Origin: a bacterium
GTDB taxonomy: Bacteria > UBA8248
DNA length: 64,000 bases
NCBI GenBank assembly: GCA_965200245.1
Contig: CBDATS010000015.1
Location: 373,209-437,208, forward strand
Reading direction: 5' to 3'
The notes beneath the pieces were generated by a model. That model had not been told where the DNA came from. It was given only the letters and a program-made list of their open reading frames with translations, and made no database searches. Shown piece by piece: positions 49,067 through 59,339 of the stretch. The stretch's first letter is position 1. The number at the start of each line of letters is the position of its first letter. The position numbers and the translations under genes are program-made.

Positions 49067-50791
49067 TCAGCGCGACGCCAGGGCACGCAGCGCATCACGC
49101 GCCCGCTTCGCCTGTTCCGTCTTGCCGGTTCTTTCGTAATACGCCAACAGGCGCTCATGCGCTAACCGAATAAAGGGATTGATCTGCAAAACCTCTTCCC
49201 ATGCCCTGATGGCGCGCTCCGTTTTCCCGCCCATTTCGCTCGCCAGCGCGCTGTGCACATGTGTCATCGCGTAATCCGGATCTATCTCCAGAGCTTTCTG
49301 AATGTGCCGCTCAGCCTCGGGAATCATTCCCAGTTGTATCTCTATCTGGGCCGCGCGGTTGAGCAGGGGTTGCGAATGCGGCTCATCGCGCAGGGCGCGG
49401 CGATATTCTATGAGAGCCGCCCTCATTCTTCCCCGAAATGAAAGCCTGTCACCCAGTCTCATGCGCCTTCTGGCCGTGGCGCTCTTGAGTGCGGCCAGAT
49501 CGATCGAGCGCTCACCCATCGGGCCCTTGGGCTTGAGCTTCGGCATGGTGACCTCCGAACCTCCCTGTTCCCGGAGGGGAAGTGTCTTGAGGTCTTCAAT
49601 CCAGAGTTTTTCAAACCCTCCCAAATCCACACCGGCGAGCAGCCGAAGACCAGGCTCTGCACTCTGGGGCGGACCGGTGGCCTCGAGTTCCACGAGGCTC
49701 GCCCGACTTTGGTGGATCATCCCGGGGTTCGCCTCCCCGTGCATTGGCGGTCCCTGCGTTTTTGGTGCAGGCGCGGCGTCCCTTATGCCCGCCAGCAAGC
49801 GGACGATCGCGTCATCGCCCATTGTGCGCCGGATGAAATCAACGGCCGAAGCCGCTTCCGCGTAGGCAAGATGTATCTGTTGAGGTGTGTCCAGATAGAT
49901 GAGGCTCGGTTCCATTTTCCTGAACGGAACGTAGTCGTTCGTCTTCCTCGCGTTGTACAGCAAAGCTTCCTCACCCGGGTGAAGGAAACCGGATTCCTGG
50001 CCCCGCCATTTTTTCTCCATATACTTGGCGATTCCCTCGTGCAACCAGATGGGAGCACGGTTCTTCGTGGCCAGCACGACAAGATAGTGGATGTACTCGT
50101 GCGCCGCGGTATCGAGCCAGCGGTAGCCACGCAGGAGCGCACCGGGGGAGAGAAACATCACCTTGTTGAACTTGCAGACCCCGACCGCGCCCTTGTCCTC
50201 GATGTCACGCCTCGAAAGAGTGGATGAGCGATGGAAGCGGACAGTATCCGAAAAAAGCTCTACGCGAATCCGGGCCCTGGGCCGGACACCCAATTCCTCA
50301 CCGTATCGATCGTAAGCCTTCTCCAGTGCATCACCCAGATACGGGAGCAACGCACCGTCTTCCCCGGGATCGTACCAAATGTCGAAATGCTGCGTTTCGT
50401 AGACCTTGAATCCCTTGAGCGCCGATTGTGTCTGGCGCACATGCAGTCGCAACTCGAGCCATTCGCTGTCACCCGGCCGTTTTTTGAGCGCCGCGTTGAG
50501 ATTCGTGATCGATTCTGAAAATCGTCCTTCCAGGTAATCCGCGGCTCCTGAAAGCGCTCGCCATGACGCCAGGCCGGGAAATCTGGCCTCAAGTTCCGCA
50601 ATTTTCTTTCGCGCAGCCTCCAGGTTCCATGCCCTGAGTTCATCGACCACTGCGTCATAGCCCAAGGGCCGCGCCGTAAGTTGTGAAAGCGGTACCGGAC
50701 GATTAACGGTATGCGCCCGGGCAGGAGAAATGGACGCCGCCGTCAGGAGAATTGCGCAAATAAATCGTGTGAAAATTCTTTTCGGTATCAT
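49067..50791 (-). CDS. Exported peptidase-MA-like zinc metallopeptidase with TPR repeats
   Basis: Signal peptide (PARA-H), HEYIH followed by P.WL.EG.A (gluzincin-type), TPR-like helices at both ends. Confidence 0.82.
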   Translation of the reverse strand: MIPKRIFTRFICAILLTAASISPARAHTVNRPVPLSQLTARPLGYDAVVDELRAWNLEAARKKIAELEARFPGLASWRALSGAADYLEGRFSESITNLNAALKKRPGDSEWLELRLHVRQTQSALKGFKVYETQHFDIWYDPGEDGALLPYLGDALEKAYDRYGEELGVRPRARIRVELFSDTVRFHRSSTLSRRDIEDKGAVGVCKFNKVMFLSPGALLRGYRWLDTAAHEYIHYLVVLATKNRAPIWLHEGIAKYMEKKWRGQESGFLHPGEEALLYNARKTNDYVPFRKMEPSLIYLDTPQQIHLAYAEAASAVDFIRRTMGDDAIVRLLAGIRDAAPAPKTQGPPMHGEANPGMIHQSRASLVELEATGPPQSAEPGLRLLAGVDLGGFEKLWIEDLKTLPLREQGGSEVTMPKLKPKGPMGERSIDLAALKSATARRRMRLGDRLSFRGRMRAALIEYRRALRDEPHSQPLLNRAAQIEIQLGMIPEAERHIQKALEIDPDYAMTHVHSALASEMGGKTERAIRAWEEVLQINPFIRLAHERLLAYYERTGKTEQAKRARDALRALASR

Positions 50792-53700
50792 TTTGTCAAC
50801 CTGTCGAAATAGTCTTCGATTTCGCCGCGCATCCCGCCCGGCAGGCCCTCCTTCATCGCCTCCATAATCTCTTCCCTGTATTTGGCGGGCACCTTGTACC
50901 GTTCCCTGTCGGGAATCAGCACCTCGCTGAACTGGGTGCCGAGATTACCCTCCTCCTCCCTGCCCCGGTCGTTCGAGGCACGCGGCTGGGGAAAATTCGG
51001 GTTCCTGGACCACCAAGGCCTTTGCCCTCCCATGCCCGGCCCCAAAGCGCCGAATCCCCTGGGCGTGCCCATACCCATGCTGCCCCTCTGGGCCATCTGC
51101 TGCATGGCCTGCTGCATGGAATTCTGGCCCTCGGTGAGCTTGCGTATGGCTTCTTCCTCTGGGGGGACAGCGCGGAAGGAACTGCGCTTCGCCAAAGAAG
51201 CCGTGGCTTGCTCCATCGCCTTTCCTGCCTCGGAGATCCTGCGCAGAATGCTCGGGTTGATGAAAGGGTATACCTGCATCATCTGACGCAAGCGCCGCTC
51301 GAAAACTCCCAGACGCCGTCGCAAGTCCTCCTGCCGGCCATGCAGGCCGTCGAGTTTGGCAATTTCCGTGCCCGCGGCGTCTTTTTCGGATTTCCCCAGG
51401 AGCATTTCCAGGCTTTTCGTCACATCCTTCCAGGATACCGCACGAGAACGCCGGGGAGGTGCAAAAATGGGGGAATCATTCGCATCCAGGGCCACATGCG
51501 GCGCTGTACCCGGCACAAATGCTTGAGGCTCAGGCCCTGTCAAATCATCGGCAGATCCAGTCCTGTCCCGAGAATTTTCCTCCGCTTTCAACACTCCTCC
51601 CGCCAGTGACGCATGGCCGTTGTCTTCGCGGTCTTCGGCCGATTTCGGCGCACCTTTCCCCTTCTCAGCCATCACCTGTGGCCGGACGCAGGGAGATTCA
51701 TCAAGCTTAGCCGCCCACTCCGGCAACCTCTGGAAAACAATCCCCCACTCTTCCCTCTTGAGCATCGAGTCAAATTCAGAGAGTACCTGTATCTTCTCGC
51801 GCTGGATTTTTTCGGCGCGTTCCTCTGGAGAGAGATTTTTCTCGCGTTCGGGCCGGCCCTGCATCGAAATGCCGGGATCCGCCGGCTCGTCCTTCTTCTC
51901 CGTTTCGTGTTTCACGAAACAATCGGATGGAAGCGGTTTGGCGGCTGTCTCGTTTTCAGTCTTCCAATACGCCCGCGCGTTTTTCGATATGGCTGCGGCC
52001 TCCTGCGTCCATTTTTTCTTGATGCGATCCACCACGTTCTCGAGCACTCCGACCGTCTCGCCCAGGATGGCCTGCTGCTGTTCCACGATTTTGGCCAATT
52101 CACTCTGCTGGCGCTGGATGGGCCGGCCTCCGCGCTGGCTCATCATCTGACGGCGCTGCATGCCGCGCAGCGCCATGCGCATTCTCTGCAACTGGCTCAT
52201 CAGACGCCGGAGTTCCTCCAGCGCGCCCTGGAAATTATTACGGCGCATCATCTCCCGAACACGATCAAAGGCGCGCATCATGTCCTGCATGGGCATCTCG
52301 CGCATGCTGCGCTGGTTCATGAACTCCCTCGGCATGCGCTGGGCCAGCGAAGCCATCTGTTGCATCAGATTTCCCAACTGTTCCCTGAGTTTCGCCAGTT
52401 CCTTTTCCACCCGCTGGACCGCCTCTTCGTCTGCGCCCATACTGCGCATTTTCTCAAGCGCCTGCTCGATGGCTCTCTGTCTCTGGATCATCGATTCCGT
52501 GGTGCGGCCCGCCCTGTCGACGCGGACGTTGCGCTGCATCTCCTCACCCATCGTGGCGAGGCGTTCGAGCGTTTCAGTCGCCTCTTCCTGATGCGCGGCT
52601 ATCTCTCGTTCCAGCCTCTCCCTTTGCGCTTTGTCGTTCTTGCCCAACTTCGATAATTTCGACAGGGGTTCGAGATATTGCGAAATCGCTTCGCGCAGCT
52701 GTCGTTCGAGGGTGGATAAATCCATATTCGAGAGTGACTCGCGCGGATTCTTTGGTTTCAACATGGACCGGGTGCGCTTGATGCGGTCGAGAACCCGGGT
52801 GGCCTTCGCCATGATCGACTCGCTCCCTCGATCGTTCCTGTCCGTTTCTTTTGTTCCCTTCGCCCTATCATCCGGCGGGAGGTCCTTCTCCAGATAGTCG
52901 CCCAGCAGGTCGAGCAGTTCGTTTGAAATTTCGCCCAGGTTCCTGTCCAACCCAGCCATTACGGCTTCTCTGTCGCGTATTTTTATGCGATAGATCTTGC
53001 TCGTCCCGAATTTGGGTCCGCCCACCGTGTCCGTGTCCGACGCAATGAAGCGATAGGAAAGAACGCCTCCCGGCCGTATGCCCATGGTCCCGAGATCAAA
53101 TTCATAGCGGCCTAGCACATCCAGTTTGGGAGTTTCGCCGCTCCACACCTTGATTTTCCTCGGTTTGCCACTCCCGAGCCTGACTTCGAGATGTACAGCC
53201 TTGAGTCCGAAATCATCGGACGCCCGGTATTTCACTGTCACACGCTCGTCGGATTCCAGTGTGAGGTCCTTGTCCGGATCCGTCACCATGACATCAGGAT
53301 AAGTGTCGGGAATGATGTCGATCTGGTAACGCTGGGGCGCGAGATTCGAAAATCCGTGCGCGTCCTTGAGGCGCACCTGGTAGGAACCCGCACCGCCCAG
53401 GATCATCTTCCCGCTCAGCAAATTGTCGTTCTCGGCAGAATTGAGCGGTAATCGCCAACCGTCGGCGAGGGAGATGAGTGCTTCCTGAACCGGCTTGTTC
53501 GTCTTGACGGCCAAATGAACTTCAGAACCCATGTAGGCTCTGATATGGCCGCCGTTTTTCCCCTTTGCCGGCTTGAGTTTCGTATATTCGGGCGGAAACT
53601 GGACTACCTCGATAGATTCCACCCTCGGCGGAGCGATCACACGAAAATCGAGAGTCCGGGAACGGAACCTACCCGTACGCGCCGTAATCTGGGCATTGTC

Positions 53701-54477
53701 TCCTGCCGCCAGCCAGTTGGCCCGGAATTCGTGCGGGGCCGCTTTCTCCATACCGATGGTTGCCACGGAATCCGGACCCTGGCGCACTTCCAACTCCACA
53801 GAACCCACTTCCCGTCCCCTCGTCCTGACTTCGAGTGACACGGGCATTCCGGGCAGAAGCGTCGTGCGTTCCACCCAAATCTCCAGATGAGTGATTCGCG
53901 AGGGCATAAGGTCCGCTGCGTTCGCCAGAAGGTAGCCCGCGCGCGGATAGAGTCCCGGCCAGACAAACGCAATGAGTAACACTGCGATCCCAAGACAGCC
54001 TGCGAGTCGCCAAAGAGTTTGGAAACCGGCCCAGGATACGTATGTCCCCGGATCAAGCGTTTCCACCTCCCGCCTGGTGTCGCTCACCATGGCGTCGATG
54101 AGTGCGGGTGAAGTGGGGTCGTCGTCGCCGAGTTCTTCTTTGCGCGGGAAAAGTTGCAGCGAACTGATGAGATTGCTGCCCAGATCCGGGTGGGTCTCTT
54201 CAATGTCGAGCGCGATCCTTTCGCGTCTCGGTCGGCGGGTCGCCTTCCACCAGAAGTGCATGAGCAATGCGCCAAGAAGCGCAACCGCCAGACCGGCGTA
54301 GATAATGGCGGAATAACCAAAACGGGGCTGGGCAACGACCGCCGCTGGCGCGAGCAGCAAGACGACCAAAACGCCGATCAGAAGCACGATCCCCGCCTCG
54401 AGTCGCCGGACTTTGAGGCGGGCCCTGATTACAGAATCGAGAAACTCGGTTATCTTTTTGAATGAGTGGTCGGCCAA
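50788..54477 (-). CDS. DUF4175-family membrane-anchored coiled-coil protein
   Basis: Three N-terminal TM helices, beta-rich region (PPEYT, D..P.V, A.DDFGL), Gln/Met-rich coiled coils, terminal P..YRE.I.EAMK...P......I..YF..L. Confidence 0.8.
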   Translation of the reverse strand: MADHSFKKITEFLDSVIRARLKVRRLEAGIVLLIGVLVVLLLAPAAVVAQPRFGYSAIIYAGLAVALLGALLMHFWWKATRRPRRERIALDIEETHPDLGSNLISSLQLFPRKEELGDDDPTSPALIDAMVSDTRREVETLDPGTYVSWAGFQTLWRLAGCLGIAVLLIAFVWPGLYPRAGYLLANAADLMPSRITHLEIWVERTTLLPGMPVSLEVRTRGREVGSVELEVRQGPDSVATIGMEKAAPHEFRANWLAAGDNAQITARTGRFRSRTLDFRVIAPPRVESIEVVQFPPEYTKLKPAKGKNGGHIRAYMGSEVHLAVKTNKPVQEALISLADGWRLPLNSAENDNLLSGKMILGGAGSYQVRLKDAHGFSNLAPQRYQIDIIPDTYPDVMVTDPDKDLTLESDERVTVKYRASDDFGLKAVHLEVRLGSGKPRKIKVWSGETPKLDVLGRYEFDLGTMGIRPGGVLSYRFIASDTDTVGGPKFGTSKIYRIKIRDREAVMAGLDRNLGEISNELLDLLGDYLEKDLPPDDRAKGTKETDRNDRGSESIMAKATRVLDRIKRTRSMLKPKNPRESLSNMDLSTLERQLREAISQYLEPLSKLSKLGKNDKAQRERLEREIAAHQEEATETLERLATMGEEMQRNVRVDRAGRTTESMIQRQRAIEQALEKMRSMGADEEAVQRVEKELAKLREQLGNLMQQMASLAQRMPREFMNQRSMREMPMQDMMRAFDRVREMMRRNNFQGALEELRRLMSQLQRMRMALRGMQRRQMMSQRGGRPIQRQQSELAKIVEQQQAILGETVGVLENVVDRIKKKWTQEAAAISKNARAYWKTENETAAKPLPSDCFVKHETEKKDEPADPGISMQGRPEREKNLSPEERAEKIQREKIQVLSEFDSMLKREEWGIVFQRLPEWAAKLDESPCVRPQVMAEKGKGAPKSAEDREDNGHASLAGGVLKAEENSRDRTGSADDLTGPEPQAFVPGTAPHVALDANDSPIFAPPRRSRAVSWKDVTKSLEMLLGKSEKDAAGTEIAKLDGLHGRQEDLRRRLGVFERRLRQMMQVYPFINPSILRRISEAGKAMEQATASLAKRSSFRAVPPEEEAIRKLTEGQNSMQQAMQQMAQRGSMGMGTPRGFGALGPGMGGQRPWWSRNPNFPQPRASNDRGREEEGNLGTQFSEVLIPDRERYKVPAKYREEIMEAMKEGLPGGMRGEIEDYFDRLTK

Positions 54478-54585
54478 GTCTCGTTTCCCTCATATGAATT
54501 GAGCGTCGAGAAGCATGTGTGAAATATTGTTATATCCCTTGAATTATTCCACCCTTTCTATCACAACCACGCCGATTCCGGGCGT

Positions 54586-56925
54586 TCAGGCAAGCCCCCA
54601 TAGTCTCCGGATGGTCCACTCCAGACCCGGCAAAAGAATGAGAATCATGCCGATCCAGGGGATACTCCAAAGCCGCACATCGCGCACTTCCATCACCTTG
54701 TGCGGCACCTTGCCCTCCAGGGCTTCAAGGACACGGGAAGTCAGATTTTCACTCCCCACCGTGTCAGCCCGGAAAAACAGTCCACCCGTGTGCTTCGCCA
54801 GGAACTGCAGATTCTCCCAGCGCGGACTCACGTCGGCCCATTCCGCCCTGCCCGCTTCCCGGCCGATGCCAATCGTGCGCACCGCTTCACCAATGACGCT
54901 GCCATCCTGGACGGCCGTCATTTTCGCACGGTAACTCCCGTTCCCCCGGGGACGAAAACGGACTTCGAATTCCCGCGAGTCAGGGCGATAGCGCGCCGGG
55001 TAGCGATTGGTGACACCGTAAGGATCGCGAAGTTCAACGCGTACCTGCGCCGCACGGGCGGGTTCGTAGGATTCGTCCCGCACCTGCATCCTGAGGATGT
55101 AGTTTCCGTCCTTGGCCTGTTCCGCCTCCGGGAGAATCTGGACCTGAGAGCTTCCCGGATCGCCCGACAGCCACCGAGTCATTTGCGCAATCAGGCGGAT
55201 GTAGAGGCGGTTCGTCTTCTCTGCCGCCACCATGCCGAAATTCCATCGCCATATGTCGCTCGAGAAGACCGTGACCACCCTGCCCTCGCCGACTCGCTTC
55301 GTCGCGAGAAGGGGAACCCTCGCCTCTTTCGTTGAAACGAGGATCTGTCCTTTTCCGAACGGCGTCGTCGTATTGATTCGCCTTAAAACCGGAAGGGAAG
55401 CCCACAGGTTCTTGTTCTCCTCGAGATCCGAGGAGAGTTGTGTGATGGGATGCCTGCCGCCGACGGGCGTTAGCCGAAGAAGCAGGCGCCTTTGATCCTG
55501 ATAGTCACCCCCTTGCTGCAAGCGCACGGGAAGAAGGTCTTCGATCGGGCTTCGGTAGTAGCCTCCTGCACTGAAAGAATGCCTGCCGCCGAGTATGAGC
55601 AGCCCACCACCTTTCCGAACGAATTCTCCCACACGTTTGAGGTAGTAGTTGCTGAAATACTCCTGGGCAGAGAAATTATCGAAAACCACGATCTCGAAAT
55701 TCTTGAGTTCCTCCAGAAACAGCTTGTCCACCGGGAACGGGACGAGACTCAAATCTCTGGTCGGAACGCCCGGATCGTCTTCCGAGGTCCGGAGAAAGAC
55801 GAACGACACCAGGTCGATGGCGGGGTCACGCTTGAGCGCCATTCGCAAGAAACGATAGTTCCAGGTGGGAGAACCTGTAATGGTCAATACCCGAATCTTG
55901 TCGCGTCTCACTTCCAGGGGAATCTCGACTCTGTTGTTCGATTCCACTATCTCGCCGCGCTGAACAGGCGTGACCACGCTGAGTACCTGGCTTCCCACCT
56001 CGTTCGGTGTGAAGCTGAATTTCACCAACCTGCGCAACGGGCTGCGCGTCACGTCTATCGATTGCGTCCTGATGATTCGGCCCTCGCGCGTCAAGGCGAC
56101 CGGCAGCTTGCGGCCCGAATAACCCTTGACCGAGAGCGAAACCTCGAGATTCACATCTTTGCCCTGAAAGGCGATACGAGGGGCCTGTATGTCCTGAATG
56201 GCGATGTCGCGGAAAGAGTCCTGCGCCCCGAAACCCACCCCGATAAGGGGAGGAAAGGATTTCACATCTGCAGGCCGAAGATCCGTCTCTGTGGTGTCAC
56301 CTCCATCCGTGAGCATGAGGATGCCGAGGGGTCCGTCCTGTTTCAGCGGTTTCCCCGCTGCCGCCGTGCGCTTTTCCCTGACGCTTCGCATGGCGCTCCG
56401 CACGGCGCCCAGCGGGTCACTGGCTATGCCATTGGCCTGCAGGTCTTTTAGCTCTACCGTGCCCATGGGCGTCCTGTGCGCACCGAAGTGGGCGAGTTGC
56501 ACGTCGTAGAATTTCTTTAGCTCCGCGATGAGACTTGCGGGTCCCTCTTTCTCCACGTTCTCACCGGGAGTCTCCGATTTCCCGGGCCTGGGGGGTGTCA
56601 GGAGAAAATCCTTCGCCAGATCGATGCGTGTTTTCTCAATGCTCACGTCCCGAACGCTCATGCTCGCCGAACTGTCGACGAGAACCAGCAGCTTGGGGGG
56701 CAGGGAACGATCACGCCTGTCGATGATCGTGGGTCCGGAGAGGAAAAAGATGATCACCGCATAGAGCAGGCCTCTCAGCAGTTGAAGGAGCCAGACCCGC
56801 CTCGACGGGAGTTTTTCGCTCAGGTCCCGATGCCTGCGGACCAGCGTCCAGCCCAGCACGAACGCTACCAGCAGAACCACCCACCAAGGTGCGCCGCCGG
56901 GAAAATGAAGCGTTGACCAGTCCAT
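54586..56925 (-). CDS. vWA / class-I glutamine-amidotransferase-like domain membrane protein
   Basis: N-terminal TMs, DSSASM, LTDG, RVL...G.P.W.YRFL...L.RD, PFP, GGG..ILGG..SF..GGY, C-terminal EW..RR..GL. Confidence 0.8.
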   Translation of the reverse strand: MDWSTLHFPGGAPWWVVLLVAFVLGWTLVRRHRDLSEKLPSRRVWLLQLLRGLLYAVIIFFLSGPTIIDRRDRSLPPKLLVLVDSSASMSVRDVSIEKTRIDLAKDFLLTPPRPGKSETPGENVEKEGPASLIAELKKFYDVQLAHFGAHRTPMGTVELKDLQANGIASDPLGAVRSAMRSVREKRTAAAGKPLKQDGPLGILMLTDGGDTTETDLRPADVKSFPPLIGVGFGAQDSFRDIAIQDIQAPRIAFQGKDVNLEVSLSVKGYSGRKLPVALTREGRIIRTQSIDVTRSPLRRLVKFSFTPNEVGSQVLSVVTPVQRGEIVESNNRVEIPLEVRRDKIRVLTITGSPTWNYRFLRMALKRDPAIDLVSFVFLRTSEDDPGVPTRDLSLVPFPVDKLFLEELKNFEIVVFDNFSAQEYFSNYYLKRVGEFVRKGGGLLILGGRHSFSAGGYYRSPIEDLLPVRLQQGGDYQDQRRLLLRLTPVGGRHPITQLSSDLEENKNLWASLPVLRRINTTTPFGKGQILVSTKEARVPLLATKRVGEGRVVTVFSSDIWRWNFGMVAAEKTNRLYIRLIAQMTRWLSGDPGSSQVQILPEAEQAKDGNYILRMQVRDESYEPARAAQVRVELRDPYGVTNRYPARYRPDSREFEVRFRPRGNGSYRAKMTAVQDGSVIGEAVRTIGIGREAGRAEWADVSPRWENLQFLAKHTGGLFFRADTVGSENLTSRVLEALEGKVPHKVMEVRDVRLWSIPWIGMILILLPGLEWTIRRLWGLA

Positions 56926-56928
56926 CGC

Positions 56929-57780
56929 CTATCCCTGGTTCAGTCTGCGCTGAATGAAGGGGTGATGGATGAGGTCTTGCTTGTAGTTTCCGGTCATTGC
57001 ATACAGCGCGACGTTCACAGCCAGTTGGAAAGCCGCGAGACGCTGTGGCTCGCCGCCGGGTACACACTCCTCAAGCCACGCTCCACCGGGGGCCTTCGCC
57101 CAGGCACCGCCCAAGTCGTTTCGACAGAAAATGACAGGCGTGAACATTCCTATGTTGATTCCCAGCAGATACTGGCTGACGGCCTGACGCCCACCGATGG
57201 TGCGGATCAGATAATAGCTCTTGAAAACAGCGTGCTCGCGCTGAAGCGCCTCGAAGGAATTTCTGGGAAAGACCAGACGCATGAGTTTCCTGACCGCGCC
57301 GCCGAAGGCCTCCTCCTCGAGACCCAGACCATCGTCGATGAGCAGAAACCCCCCGTAAGTGAGGTGGCGCCTCAGATTCTCTATCGCCCTTGCGTCGGGC
57401 ATTTCGAATTCGTAGCGTCCCGACAGATAAAGAAAAGGATGCTCGAAAATTTCCGGCGAAGAAATATCCACGACCTTCGCATCATTTGCGGTTTCGATAC
57501 TCGTGCGGGTTCTCACCTCATCGAGGAAAGAAACCATCGCCGTGGGATATTCGCGCCAGCGACCGCCGGAATAGCGCAGTTGCGCAGGCGTGAAATCGGG
57601 CAGAAATGTCTCTCCCTCCGGGGTGCGCGACGAAAGGTTCTGTTGCCATTCCTGTATCTCTTCCAAAGTGCGCGATTGCGCACCTGCCCACGCAGGGAAA
57701 CCCAGCAGCGCGGACGCAGCAATCGCCGCACGCCCAATGAACGCGCGGCGGCTCAAGGGCGATTCATGGAACATTGACAT
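56929..57780 (-). CDS. DUF4159-domain protein with Tat signal peptide
   Basis: SRRAFIG twin-arginine motif, PFLYL.G, LRR.L..GGFL.IDD, H.VF.SYY, NDLG.AW, N...YA.T.NYK.D..H. Confidence 0.85.
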   Translation of the reverse strand: MSMFHESPLSRRAFIGRAAIAASALLGFPAWAGAQSRTLEEIQEWQQNLSSRTPEGETFLPDFTPAQLRYSGGRWREYPTAMVSFLDEVRTRTSIETANDAKVVDISSPEIFEHPFLYLSGRYEFEMPDARAIENLRRHLTYGGFLLIDDGLGLEEEAFGGAVRKLMRLVFPRNSFEALQREHAVFKSYYLIRTIGGRQAVSQYLLGINIGMFTPVIFCRNDLGGAWAKAPGGAWLEECVPGGEPQRLAAFQLAVNVALYAMTGNYKQDLIHHPFIQRRLNQG

Positions 57781-58645
57781 CGGGCAATACCACGTAGGTC
57801 GTGGGCGGTGGCAAGCTTTTGCGCGTGAGCACAAGTTCGGTTTCCTTCGGACGAATGACCCTGTTGATTCCCTCTGCCCTCAAGGCCTTTTCAAATTCTC
57901 CGGTCAGTTCGGGGCCAAAATAATGCATGGGGATCACGATGTTGGGGCCGATACGCTTGATGATCTTCGCCGCCACGTCGTGAGGCACCGTGAACGAGCC
58001 ATCTGTCGGCAACAAGAGCACGTGGATTTTTCCCAACGCCCGAATCTGCCCGGGCGAGGGACCGAAACGTGCATTCCCGAAGTGCGCGACGCAAAGTCCG
58101 CCCGCCTGAAAGACGTGAATGGTATTCAATACAAAGGGACGATTCTCGTCCCCGTCCACCTGGGGGAAAGACGCGATTCTCAGGTTCCCGAATTTTTCGT
58201 CTATCGCGTTGGGCTTTCCTTCTTTCGTCACACCGAAGAAAATTTCTGACTTGCCCACGTAGGGAGCCGTCATGGAGTGGGTTTCGTGGAAATTGCTGAC
58301 GGTGACGGCATCCGGCGGCGGATCCAGAATGGGGATAACATATGGGTCCATGACCGCCCGCCCGCTGCCCGGGGCTTCGATAAGGAAACTGGAATGACCC
58401 AGGAATTTGAGTCGAACCTCACGACTTCTCGGAGCACGCGCCCATTCGCTCCTCGTCGAGACGGGGATGAAGCGTCCATCCAGACGAACCACTCCCGGCT
58501 TGCAGATGCCTTCTGCAGCCCACGCAAGAGTGGGTGACAGGACAAGAGATGACAAAACGAACAGAGCAGCAGAAATGAACTTTCTCGCCGGAATTCGTTT
58601 TTGCCCACGCAGCAAAAACCGATGCTTCCCATAGGTATGGTTCAA
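57764..58645 (-). CDS. Exported MBL-fold metallohydrolase (beta-lactamase-B3-like)
   Basis: FLGHSSFLIE, DP, D.VTVS..H..H, AH.G, IPMHY; N-terminal signal-like segment. Confidence 0.8.
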   Translation of the reverse strand: MNHTYGKHRFLLRGQKRIPARKFISAALFVLSSLVLSPTLAWAAEGICKPGVVRLDGRFIPVSTRSEWARAPRSREVRLKFLGHSSFLIEAPGSGRAVMDPYVIPILDPPPDAVTVSNFHETHSMTAPYVGKSEIFFGVTKEGKPNAIDEKFGNLRIASFPQVDGDENRPFVLNTIHVFQAGGLCVAHFGNARFGPSPGQIRALGKIHVLLLPTDGSFTVPHDVAAKIIKRIGPNIVIPMHYFGPELTGEFEKALRAEGINRVIRPKETELVLTRKSLPPPTTYVVLPDVNVP

Positions 58646-58648
58646 TAT

Positions 58649-58710
58649 GATGTCCCCTATGGCGACATCGCTACGACATCACCACAAAATTTCCCGACAT
58701 CATAGCGACT
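58649..58710. repeat. Phased CGACATC direct repeats plus one inverted GATGTC copy
   Basis: CGACATC at 58663, 58674 and 58695; partial CGACT at 58706; inverted GATGTC at 58649. Confidence 0.6.
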
Positions 58711-58808
58711 ACAAGGCGGCAAAGATAAACTATTCTAGCGCATTTCCCTGCCCCGTGAATAGTCCCGTACCGACTGTGCAGAAAAGCCGCATTCCTGCGG
58801 CAAGTCCC

Positions 58809-59339
58809 TCACCTGCGAGGGACCCCGTTCACCAGGGCCTCTCGACCGGGGGAAACCCAGATCGCAACGAGAAGGATACATGCCTTGAACATGTCCGAGA
58901 CGACATAAGCGCCATGGTAGCGTCCGAATTCGCTTTTCACGGAAGGCGCACTCCCCGAAGCCTCGGCTTCCGTCAATATGCGGCCGAGCGTTTCTATTTT
59001 CGGCGAGAACCAGAAGACGTGTACGCACACGATGAGAAACAGACAGACGCCCAGTGCGAGCGGTACGCCTCTCATCCGCCCCGCCCCCCAGATCAGGAAA
59101 AACAACAGGAGGCAAATGGTGAGTTGCAGACGGTTCCACGCACTGAATATGCGAGAGTTGACCTCTCTGGCAGCGACCCGGCCCTTCAGCTTAGCCGTTT
59201 GAGCGGGTTCGAACAGCTTCGACGCCACAGGATTCTTCCGGGAGTCGAACGTATCAAAAGAATTTGTCGCCACCCACCAGACCCCCAGAGTGAGTGCGAG
59301 CCATGAAACCAGCAGAACGAAATGAGCCGAGCGAATCAT
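58809..59339 (-). CDS. DUF4149/TMEM205-like membrane protein
   Basis: Four hydrophobic segments, 'F.R.H.....' motif before the last helix. Alternative start at 59387. Confidence 0.65.
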   Translation of the reverse strand: MIRSAHFVLLVSWLALTLGVWWVATNSFDTFDSRKNPVASKLFEPAQTAKLKGRVAAREVNSRIFSAWNRLQLTICLLLFFLIWGAGRMRGVPLALGVCLFLIVCVHVFWFSPKIETLGRILTEAEASGSAPSVKSEFGRYHGAYVVSDMFKACILLVAIWVSPGREALVNGVPRR

